64,000 nucleotides of DNA from Spongospora subterranea f. sp. subterranea (GCA_049724395.1 JAUGWO010000119.1:1-64000), one strand, 5' to 3'. Counted from the stretch's first letter, positions 24,940-38,874 are shown. Notes: generated by a model not told the origin, from the sequence alone. Program-made: numbers and translations.

Positions 24940-26660
24940 CCGCAGGAATGTTCCTACAGTGCCATCAACATGCTCATGGAGCGAATCACAACCATGAACC
25001 GCGATCAGCTGACTTTAAACAGAAATCAGAATGCTATAGCAGGGTCGATCCACCACAAAACTATTCGTGGCAACGCATGTCCCTTCTGGAACGATGAACT
25101 GAAAATCGCTTACAAGAGAAAGAACCGCGCCAAAACAAAATGGCAACAATCAATGGTAAAACAGCACCGAGCTGACCGTATCGAGGAAAGGAAACGAAAA
25201 TTGCAGAAACTCGACACACACTTCAAAAACATGTTCAAGAAACACAAACACAAACACTTACGTAACCTGCTAGTAAGGACAATACGGGAACAGCAACGTG
25301 GAAGATGCCCTGGTTCCGCAAACAAACAAAAAGCATCGTACCTTCGCAACTCGTACCAACAATGCAGTAATGCAGTCGAAGAAGCAAATCTAGTCGCCGA
25401 AAACTTCAGCACCATTTATAACCCACTCGATCTTGAGCTAACTATCCAATGATGAGCGGAAAAAATACAATGAATTGGTCATAGACCTAAAACGGCGAAG
25501 GGCTTGTAGCCATCCACCACCTACCACAAAAAGAGAGCTATACAGCGCAGCGACAAAGGCAAAAAGTAGAGCAGCTCCTGGAATAGATGGAATCTTTTCA
25601 ACACTCCGAAAACAAATATGTGCAAATGACAAATTAGCAGACAGCATCAGACAAGCGATTAACAATGACTTCATTGTGAAAGGGTCATTCCCAGATATTT
25701 TGAAGAAGGCAAAAATTATCCAGTAACCGAAATTAAAACCTGGTGATACCGCCCGATATCTTTACTGACTTCTTTGGCAAAATTAGTTGAGAGTATCATC
25801 GAGCATCGACTACGCCAGCAATCAGAAAAGCACATTCCGAAGAAACAATCGGGCTGCAGACCAGCTCACAGCACCTCACATGCGTTGCTTCGACTTCTAC
25901 ACAATTCAGCCATTGCTGCCGCTTCAAAAAACCGATTTGCTGTAGTCCTACACGACTACATGAAAGCTTTTGACAGAGTACAGCGGCCACTCTTGATAGA
26001 AAAATTGGATCGAATGGGAATAGAGCCATAACTAACACTGGTAATTGAAGACTGGTTAATGAACCAAATGCACGAGATGCATTATCGAAATGTGCAGTCA
26101 TCACAATATGAGCAGAATAATGGAATTTCGCAAGGGTCCAGTATTAGTGTACTACTGTGGATATTGTATATCTATGATGCACCATTGAATATGAACAATA
26201 GCAACGTATATGTTGACGACACTACACAATGGGAACAGGGCACTTCTAAGAAAGAGGTCGCTGATAAACTACGAGACAGCAGCAGTGAACTATATAACTG
26301 GTGCAAGGCCAACAAATTAGACTACAATGGATGAAGACTTTTCTCCTGTTTAATAGGCACGCAGACTCAGACAAATGATGATTGATGCAAATCAAAAAAT
26401 CCATACTGCGACAACATTGAAATACCAAGGGGCTAATCTCTTGGCAAATCCAGCTTGCAACAAATCAACAATTCTGATTGTCATGACAGAACCGGCAACC
26501 GACATTCGATGACGATGCAAGTTAATGTATTGACGCAATTTAAATTACCAACGAAGCTGTTTCAACATATCTGTAAGGATTCATTGGAGGCAAACTCAAC
26601 TACTATCTACCGTGGATAGCGGGAGAAATGACGAGCACCACTTTCAGACCAATGGAAATA
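24940..26660 (+). mobile_element. Non-LTR (LINE) retrotransposon ORF2 RT relic
   Basis: PFWNDEL, APGIDGI, RPISLLTSLAKLVE, QSGCRPAHST, DYMKAFDRV, GISQGSSISVLLW and YVDD in order, with stops and frameshifts. Confidence 0.9.
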
Positions 26661-28249
26661 TTAAATTTGAGTTTCAAAAGATGAAATTGGAAGTGTCCCT
26701 TTATTCGAAACCAGTTGAGTTCGGAATGTGTTCGGACTCCGACTTCACCGCGTAGACATGCGAGAGAAATTGCGATGAGTCATGATTGAACAATGATCCT
26801 AAAAACCAATCCAAGACGCCCTTTGTAACAATTAACTGGAAATGAGGTATAATAATTGAGACTGGTATTTAACATGGGAAATATCGGGTGGGGGCAATTC
26901 CCATTCGGTGTGGTCATTTAGGGAAGGTTATGTTGCTGAATCCAGCTGGTCTAATAGGTTCCTTCATCCAGGCTACTTGTAGCGGCCAGGCGGAAGACCT
27001 GGTAGTACACAGGATTACCCGACCCATAAGAACCCGCGAACCTTGTATACCATTCCATACCAAGTGGGTTCAATCGACTGGTGAATACAGAAAGAGGATT
27101 AATTTTTCCCTATTCAGCAAACTGTGTTTGAGTTTGAAGGCTCAAAACCAGCAATATTGAGAGAGTATTATAAATAGCTTTTGATTTTTTGGATATTGGC
27201 CGGAGTGTACATATGGGAAAAGCAGCTCGTGGTGATTCGTTTTTTCAAGGCGCATCTTTCTTGCTAACATACCTTTGGCCTCGGTACTGTACTCCACTTG
27301 AAAACCCTATAAAAATTTGTCGAGACTGGTAGAGTTCCCGCACTGTACTCCGTACCGACCTCAGATCGACCACCACCCGGAGGCGACTTCATGTCGTCCA
27401 CTTGGGGCAGCAGATTCTCCCGCTATCTACCATACTACAACTTCGTATGAATCGTCGCTATTTGCTTTCGTCGTCCAGATTTTGAATGTCAGCAGGCAAT
27501 TGGCAGTTTTGCCCTGACTTTCCAGCTGTCGGTTCTCTACCCGTGGCATTTGCAATTGGACAAGGACTTCGAAAAGATGAAGGCCGAAGTCGACGGTAAA
27601 CTCGCCAATTACCATAACTTGAAGCTACAGAAGTTGGACTTGTTGCATCAGCTGCTTGAAAAGAAATCTCACCAGACTCCCGCTCATTCTTCCGACTCCT
27701 CTGACAACGCATACATATCACGCACGCAACCATAATTTGTAATATGCATACAACCTTGATATCAGGCTGCATCGTAAAGTTTTCACTGTTTAATTATTGT
27801 TTCGTCTATTTATTCTGTACTCTCTCATGCTGGTTACCACAATTCCAGCTGGCCAATTTCAAGCTGGATGGTTTGACCACACCCGGTCGTAACTCACAAT
27901 ATTCTCAGCAAGACAGACGATCAGCGCAGCAGAGAATGCTGCAACGCCCATGTTGGCGCTGTGCTCCAGGATATAGAAGCCGATTATGCCACTCGGTATC
28001 ATTACGTCGTGTATTTAGATATTCAGATCTTACAGTTGTTAAGAAACAAAGTGAAAAAGCGTATACACAATCATTGTATTGCGTTCAAATATCTTTGAAA
28101 AACGCGCTCGATCGCTGACGCTGGATCACATCCTCGACAGCGTTTAGAGCAAACGTGGCCAGGAAGCCGATCCATCCTGCTGCCAAAATGAATGATATGA
28201 CGACCACTTTGCGATCAAAATGTTGTCGATTTGGCATCAAAGCCTGGGT

Positions 28250-28538
28250 ATCTGAAAATGATGGTAGCCAATTGGGTCACATGGTGCTTGCTGGTCTGGG
28301 AGTTTTACCTGCCGGCAGAACTGCAGTATTGAAGGCCCGGTTCTGCACATTAACTCGGGTCACTACCCATTGTGCGGGTTCTGTCAGACACAAGTTTACA
28401 TCAAAGGAGATGGTTCACAGAGCTAGGTTACTGACCAGGCTGATCTTCGTCATCCGGTAATCCTGCGACCGATCAGCCAACAGCCATAACAAATTAACCA
28501 GGCGATTATCAGGTACGTACCAGCAGGTATCTTGTACA
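28250..28538 (-). repeat. ~290-bp repeat (LTR-like, begins TGTACA); inverted partner of 31530-31818
   Basis: The reverse complement aligns with 31530-31818, e.g. ggtacgtacctgataatcgcctgg...cagtaacctagctctgtgaa. Confidence 0.75.
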
Positions 28539-28849
28539 GACCATCAAATATATACAATAAAGCAGCTGCGAATGCAAAATAAACAGCTAACGACGTCATC
28601 TTCCAACACCGTCAGTAGCAAACTGAAGGACAAGAAAGAGAAGGGGTTGCGGGGGGTCTGAAAAAACCCGGGATTGTCCGCCGGTCGGGGTGAATATCTG
28701 TGAGTCCGCCCTAATCGAGTTGACCCAACTTGACTCAGCAGAGTGCCGTAAATGCTGATTGCTGAAGTTTTCGAGAACGGCGATCTTGGCTCGGTTGTTT
28801 CTGAATTATCATGTCCACACCTCGTCGCGATCAACGGTCTTTGTTTAAA

Positions 28850-30700
28850 GCTTCTCCAGGCATTTTATTCCATTTCCTTTTGCAGCAAGGCAACTATGCC
28901 TCATCATATCTCAGGAAGGGCTACAGCACGCAGATTGGGGTGACCGATTCGTCGTTCGCCGCTTGCTGCCCGCGAGAACACCATCTCACTGGGCACTGGC
29001 CTCGATGTGACCCCCATGTAGTCCCTGGCCATCGGCACTAACCTGGGATACAGCTGCTTGTTCACACCAAACCACATGCAAGCGTTCGTGATTATGGTTC
29101 CACTGATACTATTTGATGCGAAAACCAACGCTTGAGCTCGATCTCAAACTACTCAAGGTCTTTGATATGGTAGAACTGGTAGTTTTCTCATGACGTTGTG
29201 GAACTCGTTTCGCGACGTTGCCAAATGTGACAGTTTGTTGCTGCACGATGCCGATTCCAATTCATTCAGGCCGCTCTCCTCATTGAGCCTTGAATCGTAG
29301 TAATCGTCGAATTCCGGATCGAGCTCGATCTCAATTTCGCCTGATCGAGGCCCAATGCCGGAAGGAACGATTTGACTCGCGGATCGAGGGCTGTCGAGAT
29401 TCTCATCATCTTGTTGCGAACAATTGGCCCGAACTGCCCTAACTTCTTGACCACACTCTTTGCAAACTTGATTGTATGCGAGGCACGAAAACCAGTGTTT
29501 GAAGCAATAGCTGCCTTGGCATGCTGGAACACCGATTAGAAAACGGAAATTTTCATGCCCAATACTGTCCAGAAACTGTAGAAGACCTTGACTCGTCTGG
29601 AGTACTTTTTGTCGGTTGGGGAAATGGCAAAGTTCGGAAAACCGTCGTGTCGATCGTGGATTCGGCGCTGCAGGTTTTCAAAAGGATTCTTATTTTATTG
29701 TTACCGCTGATCATCTCCAATGTGCTGTTCCAACGCGTTTCGCCATCCAGTGACGGGAACCTTGCAGGTCTGCTGCAGGGCCGTCCAGCAGCCTAGGGAA
29801 TAGGGAATCGTTGATCTTCTTGAGAAGGTCTCGGAATGTTCCAATTGCGACATCCATGTTTTTACACTCAGACAGTTCTTGCTTCACCGCTAATTGTATG
29901 TTTGCGCCAAACAGGGCAAGAAAAAGTTCAGGAATTTCTATCAATTTCACTGCATTTATGTCGTGTTCATAACCGGCTTCGGTGATCGCTTGTGCGAAGT
30001 CTTCCGCTATCGCATTAGGCAGGAGTCTTTCCAGGTAACCGGTCATTGCTGTGTTATTCGATGCGTTGTTGACAGTAATAGCCCATAAACTGGAGAGCAG
30101 GGATGGGTTCATGTCCTGCACCGCTTTTCAGCCAATGTTCATCCAGTTGTTCTCCGGTGTGACAACTCAAACAAATGCAAGAATGCAATGCCGCATGTCC
30201 CAATCGTTGGTTATAAAGTGAACCACAATATACCTCTCTTGTCCACATGCCCGTCGCTATCCCAACTCGCCACCTGCCCAGCTCCGCCTTTAAACGCATT
30301 CTTGTCTTGGACTACTCGGCTGACGATTCGTCTTTGATCGTATTCCGACTAGATACGGAAAACTTTTGCCAAAGAGCGCCGCATTACTCCCGAAAATCGT
30401 CCTTCTCAACAAATTTAAAGGACTCTGTGTGATTCAGCAAGCGATTTATTGTCAATGGGCAACGCAGCGAAGAATTTGATGAAGAATTGATGAAAACAGC
30501 ACATTTATTGTTTGCAAATTGGATGTATTCCTCCCGAGCTCCCTTCTGGGTGCAATATGGAGTGCAAAAACCCTCCATCAGCCTGCTGCATTCCGCTACA
30601 GCACTGCACCACGACACGTGCCCTGGAAACCGGAGTATGCTAGAGATTTTAAATGAAGACTTTTGGGGACAGTTTTGAAAGTTGTAGGTTCCTGCCTAAA
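28850..30700 (-). mobile_element. hAT-superfamily transposase relic
   Basis: IATGMWT, ITVNNASNN, LDGETRWNSTLEMI, TALDPRVK and the C-terminal dimerisation motif YPRLVPMARDYM...VPSEMVFSRA. Confidence 0.88.
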
Positions 30701-30932
30701 AAACAATATATGTGCTGCCTCAAAATTCTACGCTGCGTTGACCATCGACAATAAATCGCTTGCTAAACCACTCGTAGTCCTTCAAAGCTGTTGAGAACGA
30801 CGATTGTTTTCGGGTACAATTTAACTGTCAACTTCCGATCAGGCGGTGAGCCCTCTAATGTGAATCGCTCCACTAGAGAGAAACCCGAGTTCGACTCACT
30901 GAAATTCCGCACCAACTTGAGTCCAACTCGTC

Positions 30933-31012
30933 AAGGATATTGCCAATTCCCCAACTCTGTAAGGATATTGCCAATTCCCCCAACTCTGTAAGGATATTGC
31001 CAATTCCCCCAA
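30933..31012. repeat. Tandem repeat, 28-29 bp x ~3 (aaggatattgccaattcccc[c]aactctgt)
   Basis: Directly visible. Confidence 0.9.
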
Positions 31013-31529
31013 ATAGTCATGTTGAAAACAAATTTCAGTTAGACATTCGCTGTGATGGTTTGACGACTTTGCGCGAAGATTTCGTGGACCCTGTGAGGTG
31101 GGTCGTCGCAGACATTAAACCTTAACTCGGAAAACAGATGCGCCTTATTAACACAGGCGGCAATGGACACGGGAAGGTCTTGGTCTGAGATTGATGGAAG
31201 TTCTGATTCATTTCTGTCCAAGTCGAAGCAACTATGGTGTTTGCAAGCGAAACTTCCATTTCATCTCTGATTGGAACCGCAGAAACGACTTTTCTTTTTA
31301 ATGGGCATTTATACGGTCAACGTCGGTCTTTATAACGATCTCATTCGGTCAACAGGGCAATAATTGATAGCCTGTCATATTGGTCCAAGATTGGGTGGAT
31401 TGGTTAGAATTGATAGGTTGAATGTCTCCATGGGTAATATTACAGCGACAGAATTGATTGATGCAAAACAGGATCGTTGAAAAGCTTAAATCGATGATAT
31501 TTGCTTTTAGAGAGGGTCAGATTGAGCTT

Positions 31530-31818
31530 TGTACAGGGTACCTGATGGTACGTACCTGATAATCGCCTGGTTGATTTGTTATGGCTGTTGGCTGATCATC
31601 GCAGGATTACCGGATGACGAATATCAGCTTGGTCAGTAACCTAGCTCTGTGAAACATATAACATCTTCTCTAATAATGAACTTGCGGCTGACAGAGCTCG
31701 CACAATGGGGAGGTGAATCAAGCTAAGGTGCAGAATCAGACCTTTATTGCCTCACAGGAAAAACTCCCAGATCAGCAAGTACCACGTGACCGGAATTGGC
31801 GACCATCACAACTTTCAG
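31530..31818 (+). repeat. ~290-bp LTR-like repeat ending in a PBS-like TGGCGACC
   Basis: Inverted copy of 28250-28538. Confidence 0.75.
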
Positions 31819-31879
31819 AAGCGACCGTGTCGAGTGTGATTGACAATGGGTCCAGCGAACTCATGGTTTTGGCGTTGGT

Positions 31880-33260
31880 TCATTTCAATTTCAGAAAGGG
31901 GTCTTCTTCAGTTTCAGTAACTTTGATGAAAGTCAGATCAAGGCCCTGGATTTCTTCCTCCTGCTGCGCCCTAATCAGTTTTCGGCTCGTCACAAAGATA
32001 TGGGTCAAAAGAGCAAAAACAACCGAGACCACACTCCGGTACCATTTTGGTAGAAACAACTTGATTGCGGGTTCTCGTAATTGAGGAGTTGACGAGGCTG
32101 CTGCGATTCGCTGGACCATGGTCACTCACACACGACCCAATCGCTGGATTCCATCAGGATCAAGGTCTCTGAGTTCACGAAATACTTGAAAACTGGGAAG
32201 AAGCTCTGCAATTGCAAATCAAACAAGAAATTGGCATCTCACAGCATTTTGCTCGCTGGTATTTGCACGAGACGAAAATAGAGGACTTTGGCTTTGGAGT
32301 TGGAGAATACTTTCTCGATGATCGTGCCAACTATCCCAAAAGAAACCATTTTGTGCGTCTGGTTTTTTGAATTGTGACGTTCGCAGTGTTAACGAACGGT
32401 ATCTTATCGAGGAAGATTACGTTCTTGCGGTTGTCACTGAGGTTTTTAGGACTCAGCAGGAAATGGTTCAGAGCGAGCTTTGGTATTGAGTCTATGTACG
32501 ATGACGGATGGACTCGTCCATATTCCTCTCTACTTGCCTCATTAGTCCGAAACCCGAGAACTGTTGTCGACTTCTTTGACTCTCTGTCTATTTATCGGAA
32601 ATTTGTTTTTCGTTGACAATCCCCATGCCGATACATGTAAGCCGCGAGTGATCCCCAAAATGCAGTGAACACTAAGGAAATCGAACTCGCGACCTTGATA
32701 ACCATCATACTGTTAGGAACTTGGTGCAACGGATTCCAGACGGCACAAGCGTCCCGGCCGGTATCGTCGATTCGTCATCAGTGTTTCTCATAATACAAAA
32801 CAACTCACAAATCAAACGGTACTCTTGAGATCGGCGGCAGAAGGTTGTGATGAGGAAACGGATGATGTGGCAACACCAGACACGATGGCCATTGCCAGCA
32901 ACAGGCGAATTTGAGTGGCGATCCGGATTTCGAAACTCAGACGGGAATTGAGCTGGAAACACACAAACAAGCGACGCGACAGCGGGATATGGTTTGTAGC
33001 TTCATATCAGCCCTATAGCTTGGACAAACTTCCCTTCAGTCAGTGGTCGCGTACAGAGTCTGTGCATAGGTACTTGTCAGAGGCCTGGCTACGAAGCCTT
33101 CTCTCGTATTGACGTTCCTGATATCCAACCAAGAATGTACATGTATCTTCAAAACAAGGGTCACTAACACAATAACCAAGCACAGTGGGGATCATTGTCG
33201 CTTTGTCCATGACATGATCAAAACCAAAGATTGTGTCAACAACTGTAGTGTCCGACGTCA
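31880..33260 (-). mobile_element. Degraded Ty3/gypsy pol (RNase H-integrase) relic
   Basis: IPTVLGY and PLSRRL resemble the RT-RH connection; VSDHGP resembles the integrase catalytic SDNG motif. Confidence 0.45.
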
Positions 33261-33619
33261 AACCCTGTAGCCTTTATCGTTTCTGACCGGCCTCCTGCAA
33301 AGCGGTATCACGTTACGACAACCTCAACGTTGTTACTATGTTACTGCTTCGCGCTGGGATTAGACTGTAACCTTCACATGTGCCCCACGTGCGATATGAT
33401 GTAACATTGATTTATTGCGATGGTATGATATGTTACCATCACTGGGTATATCGAACCACGATATCATCGTAAAATTCATTATGATTTTGAATCAATTGTT
33501 AAAGCTTGCACAGTCGAACTCGCCGTTGGTAGCGGCTCTTCGACCATTAGGCGGATCAACCGATCAAGAATCAACATCTATATCCTATTGTCTAGTACTC
33601 CTAGTATTGCTGATCCGCG

Positions 33620-34330
33620 TCTGATGTGCTCAAGTATTGTTCCTGTCCGTTTCTCCCAAATCCTGATCAGAGTTCCTAACAGTTCACATGGTCAATATCA
33701 ATCCAATCGCCGCCAAACATACTAAAACCGCTTTAACAGCCCAAAACCACCAAAGGTCAATAGAGAGTTCCGTCTACATTCAAGGCAACAGCCCCCAGCT
33801 GATTCGTGGGCCCCGGTTACCGTTGTGGGGCAACCAAATAGTAGATTACAGTGCTCGACACGAACATGACCTGGCTGTAATCCCGGACGAGTGACCTGGA
33901 AGAAATTTTGGTCCGGATTTGGGACACAAGAACAGGAACATTGCATGAACAGGTCAGACGCGGGTCATAACAAGCCTCAGTCACGTATATGGTCATTAAT
34001 GCCAAATCGATATTTCTGGTCGTGCCTGATAAAGGTATTGTTCGTCCATTTTCCATTCCTCCTCCCTGTATTCCCATCGTTCACCACCGCGATCAGCAAA
34101 CAATTCCATATTGTACCACTTCTTTTCATCGTCATGGTCTCGGTCTCGCTTCCGTAATACACCAGGATCACCTACAATCGCCGCCTTTGATTCCGATCCC
34201 CACACGATCATCGTGGTGAGTATGATGGAAATAGCTTATAGAGCGCAATTTAACAGCTAACAATCAAGAAACTGTCAACAGAAAGCGTATGTTTTTTCAT
34301 AGGACCTGGCACAACTCCAGATTCCAATAT
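33620..34330. pseudogene. ATG18: ATG18 fragment (copy 4): same inversion as copy 3, with the full degraded 3' exon
   Basis: Minus strand [12 protein letters not shown]...TTVTGAHES; plus strand 33910-34330 matches ATG18 exon 5. Confidence 0.87.
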
Positions 34331-35151
34331 CAATGAACAAAGGTATTTGACACTCACTGGTTTCTTGTTCCAGTTACCTGTCCAAATGGTTCTTTAGAGC
34401 CGACTTGATTGCAAAAGAATCTAGACGATTAAGGTTTTCGATACTATAGTGACCCTTCCACCATGATCGAGCGCCGTATTAATTTGGACAATTATCAAGG
34501 AGACACGAAACTAATTAAATGCATTTGGCAGCCCCTTCTGTGGATTATACAGAGCCGCTGACCGATCTGGCATCCCTGCAACAGTTTTATCATCTTCTGC
34601 ATTTTGACCCTAGACACTGAAATCACGCTGTCGGTCGCCGTTCTGAATTATACTTGAGTGAGAGCAAAAACTTTTCGGGTGGAAGTCGTGAAGAGTCATA
34701 TGGAGAGTCATTGTCCGCGCCGTGCAATCAAGGATCACTTTTCGGGCACATATTTTTCTAATAAGCAATATCACAACGAAATTGCCGTACCAAAAATGCT
34801 GAAAACGTTTGACGAAGAATCCGTCTATGATCAAGCTACATAATTGATAATCAACGATATGGCAAACAGGAGCACATCTCTCAAGGTTTATAAACAACGC
34901 ACGCTTTATTAACACTAAGGGAATGAGCATTAACTAAACAGGCACATGATAAGTGAATTTCGATTTATAAAAGCAGGGCGATGACGCAAGAACAAAGCGT
35001 TGGGGTTTGGGGTCAATCTGTGACACCCTGAGCAAAAATTGCGGGGACCGGTGTCCGTCACGGAGTCCGTGGAAGCTGAATGGCGCTACAGCCTAGAAGT
35101 CAGTGTCCATTATCGAGAGGCGATCGTGTGTGTGATCTCGAATACGCCATC

Positions 35152-36865
35152 ATGCTGATCCTGTACGAGACTCCAGCCGGATACGCCCTGTTCAAGGCCA
35201 ATAATGAAAAAGAAGCTCAGCCCCGTCGACAATATATTTCAACACTTTGAGGACGAATCCAAGGCCAACAAGCTCATCTCGTTCCAGGTATCCAGATGTT
35301 TATCGCCTCCTCTCATTACCGGGACTGATTGACCGTTTCGTCCAGGGATTTGCCAAATTTGCAGACACGACTGAGGCTCTTGAAGCCGCTACCTCTCTTT
35401 GCGATGGAACTCTCGGCAAGAAACTTAAATCTTTCTTGAAGAAATCCATTGTCAAAAAGGTACAATACATTCCGGCATCGAAGTCTATTGTGTTTTCTCG
35501 ATTCGCTAAATATATATTGTCATACAGAACTTGACCGATACTTTGGTTGTTGCCGATTCCACCTTGGGGAACTTAATCAAGACCAAGTTAGGGATTCAGT
35601 GTGTTTCAGACTCCATGACGCAGCAACTCTATCGTGGGATCCGTTCCCAGCTATCATCGCTTCTATCGGGATTACCCGATCAAGAGCTGCGAACCATGAC
35701 CTTGGGTCTGTCTCATTCCCTCTCCCGCCATAAGATCAAGTTCTCCCCCGATAAAGTCGACACCATGATCATCCAGGCGATTGCCCTTTTGGATGAGCTT
35801 GACAAAGAGTTAAACACATACGCCATGCGTGTTCGTGAATGGTATGGATGGCATTTCCCAGAAATGGCCAAAATCATTTCCGAGACTATCATCTACGCCA
35901 GAGTCGTGAAGCTCATGGGAGTTCGTACCAACGCGTCTACAACCGACTTGTCGTCTCTGATCGACGAAGATACGGAAAGCGAGCTGAAGCAAGCGGCTGA
36001 ACTATCAATGGGAACGGAAGTGTCTGAAGACGATATCAACCACATCACAGCTCTTTGCGATCAAGTTATCAGTATCGCCGAATACCGCACATCATTATTC
36101 GATTATCTCAAGTGCCGAATGGCGGCCATCGCTCCGAACTTGACGGTCATGGTTGGTGAGCTGGTCGGAGCTCGCCTCATCGCTCACGCCGGTTCTCTGC
36201 TGAACTTGGCCAAGTCGCCGGCATCGACGGTGCAAATTTTGGGCGCTGAGAAGGCGCTTTTCCGGGCCCTTAAAACCAAACATGAGACCCCTAAATATGG
36301 TCTGATCTATCACGCCAGTCTTGTTGGTCAAAGCGCTCCTAAGAATAAGGGCAAAATCAGTCGGGTGTTGGCCGGAAAGACGTCGTTGGCTGCTCGTGTG
36401 GATGCGTTGGGAGATGCTGAAGGTGCCACAATCGCGTTCGCTAATAAGGAGAAAGTCGAGGCGCGCATGAGGGCTTTGGAAGGAGGTGTACGAGTGCCGG
36501 GTGAAGTCAGGAACCAGGAGAAGTACATGAAGGCGCCCGGTGCTGGACGGTCGTACAATCCGGCGGCAGATATCGTGATGAAGACCGAAGCAGTGGAGGA
36601 GAAACCTACCGAAAAGAAAGAAAAGAAACAAAAAAAGAGAAGCGCCGAGGAGGTTGAAGACATTGAAGAGGAGAAAGTGTCAAAGAAGGCGAAAAGGGAT
36701 AAATCCACTGTTGGTAAGGAGAAAAAGGAAAAGAAGAGAGTCGTTGAAGAGGTTGTGAAAGTCGATGAAGAGAAGGTGTCAAAAAAAGAGAAGAGAGATA
36801 AATCCAGTGCCGATAAGGAGAAGAAAAAGTCAAAGAAGAAATCTAAATCAACGTCAGACGAATAA
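35152..36865 (+). CDS. NOP58: Nucleolar protein 58 (box C/D snoRNP), 3 exons; one apparent +1 frameshift at 35207-35211
   Basis: MLILYETPAGYALFK, KFSPDKVDTMIIQAI, REWYGWHFPE, TPKYGLIYHASLVGQ, KKE-rich tail. Confidence 0.96.
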
Positions 36866-37144
36866 AAACTGTGTCACTATCTGCCTATAAACGATTGCCC
36901 CATGATGGAATTCATGAATTTATTGTCACAATGACATCGGTTTTGTCGCAAAAATGGTCAATACACAGTCACTCGGGATATTATGGAGCCGTCATTGGAG
37001 TATGAATCCGGCACACGCCCATCCTTGAGAGAACTATTGACCAAGCGGCCGTCAGGTAATTACTGCTCGCTCTGGCTATTCGACCAAAACGCCATTGATC
37101 GTGGTCGTCAGTGATTCTGTTGTGCCGGTGGGTGCCAGGCCGAC

Positions 37145-38778
37145 ATGGCGCAACCGCCTCCCCCCGTCATCGTTACAGGTCCACGAATGGGGCCGCGCGA
37201 CTGGGCAACGCTAAGTGTCAATGCCGACGCGTCCAAAGGCAAAAGCTGGACTGGTCAATCCATGACCGGATCCATTTCACTGAATAGCGATCGACTCGCT
37301 CAGTCATCAACGTCTTCACTTCCGGATTCATCATCAGCTTCAGGTGTATTTCAAATTTAATGTCTAACTGAATTATCGGTGGCAATTATTGACGTTGTGT
37401 TGTGTGTTTTTGGAAAAGCCCCTGGACCTGACCAGTGGGGAAAATCGTCGTCGATGCGCCCAGCAGGGGCAGTGGAAAAGAATTGGGGAAAACATCGCGC
37501 GGAGCGTGCCAACCTGGACAAACGCGATAAGCTGATCCAGGAGGTAATCGATACGGAGCGGTCATATGTGGCGTCGCTTCAGACAATGGCCGCCCAGTAC
37601 GCCGCACCACTCAAAGAAAATCCACAAAAGTATGGGGTGAAAAGGGAGCAGGTCGCCACCGTCTTCGAAAATATCGACCCAATTGCGGCATTCCACCTCA
37701 TATTCCTCGTTGAACTAGAGAAAGAACGGAATCTCGCCAAGGTCATCATCCGGTTTGGCGATTTCCTCAAAATGTTCGTTGTTTTCGATTGGTGCAATAT
37801 TGTTTTCATCAATGGCTTGACTGTTGCTGATTAGGTATACGACTTTCATCTCTACCTATGATAAGGTCGTACGGTTGCTTGGTCAGATGCGAAAATCGAG
37901 CAAATTCACACGATTCCTCGATGAGACTCGTATGCACGTTGAGTGTAAAGGTCTCGACCCTGATGTCTTTCATGATCATGCCAATACAACGGATTCCTCG
38001 ATATGAATTGCTTCTACGCGAGCTGATTTCCTGCTCCGAGATCGATCCGGACCTGAATCAGGCCTACGACCGAATCCGATACATCGCCAAACATGTCAAT
38101 GAGACGCAGCGCCATGTCGAGAACATGCTGAAGTTGCTGGAGATTCAGGATCGCATTACTAATAGCGACCTGGAGTTTGACTTGCTCCAGCCGCATCGCC
38201 GCCTGATCAAGGAAGGACGTCTGCAGCAGAAAACTGCAAGCAAACTGCATAAACTGAAGCCGCGCGTAATATTCCTGTTTTCGGATATTATCCTGTGGAC
38301 ATCGACATCTAACAGTTATCTGGGGCACATCGATTTGAGCTGTGTCACGATAAAGGACCACGACAGCGAAAAGAACAAGGATATCACATTTCGATTAGGC
38401 ATTGACGGCAACGAGGCAAGCGATTTGGTCTGGAGGTGCGAGACACCAGCGGAATGTGTTGAATGGAGAGAGGCCATCAATACGGCAATGGTGAAGCTAT
38501 GTGAGGTGTTCGTAAGTAGATTGGACGAGAAGGATCGCGAGAGGTTCGTGGCCATGTCTGGCGACGTCACAGTAGGGAAGGCCGAGATGCTGCGGCAAGC
38601 GAAGCTCTCCATCAGGCGGAAGAAGTACGAGAGGCAGCAAGGTGGCGCGATGCACACGTTTATGAAGGAGAAGTTGCATGAGCTCCAAACCAATAATAAT
38701 ACGATTGGAAACGATGATGACGATAAGGAGTCGTCATTCGAGGCCAGTACAATAACGTCAGAAGTCAATAATGAATAG
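37145..38778 (+). CDS. Dbl-family RhoGEF (DH-PH), 3 exons; apparent +1 frameshift at 37958-37960
   Basis: EVIDTERSYVASL, MPIQRIPRYELLL and the PH motif IFLFSDIILW...EWREAI. Confidence 0.9.
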
Positions 38779-38874
38779 ATGACATTTAATATACGATATC
38801 ACCCGACCCAATAAATCGGAAATCGTGACGAGAATTGATTCCATATTATAACAGTGACTTCACATTTATAGAAA

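Noticed and set aside
26850..27740. Short coiled-coil and chromodomain-like fragments
   Set aside because: Too short and degenerate to support a call.
36095..36833. Antisense ORFs over NOP58 (likewise over the RhoGEF and CHS)
   Set aside because: Shadow frames of real coding sequence with no recognisable motifs.
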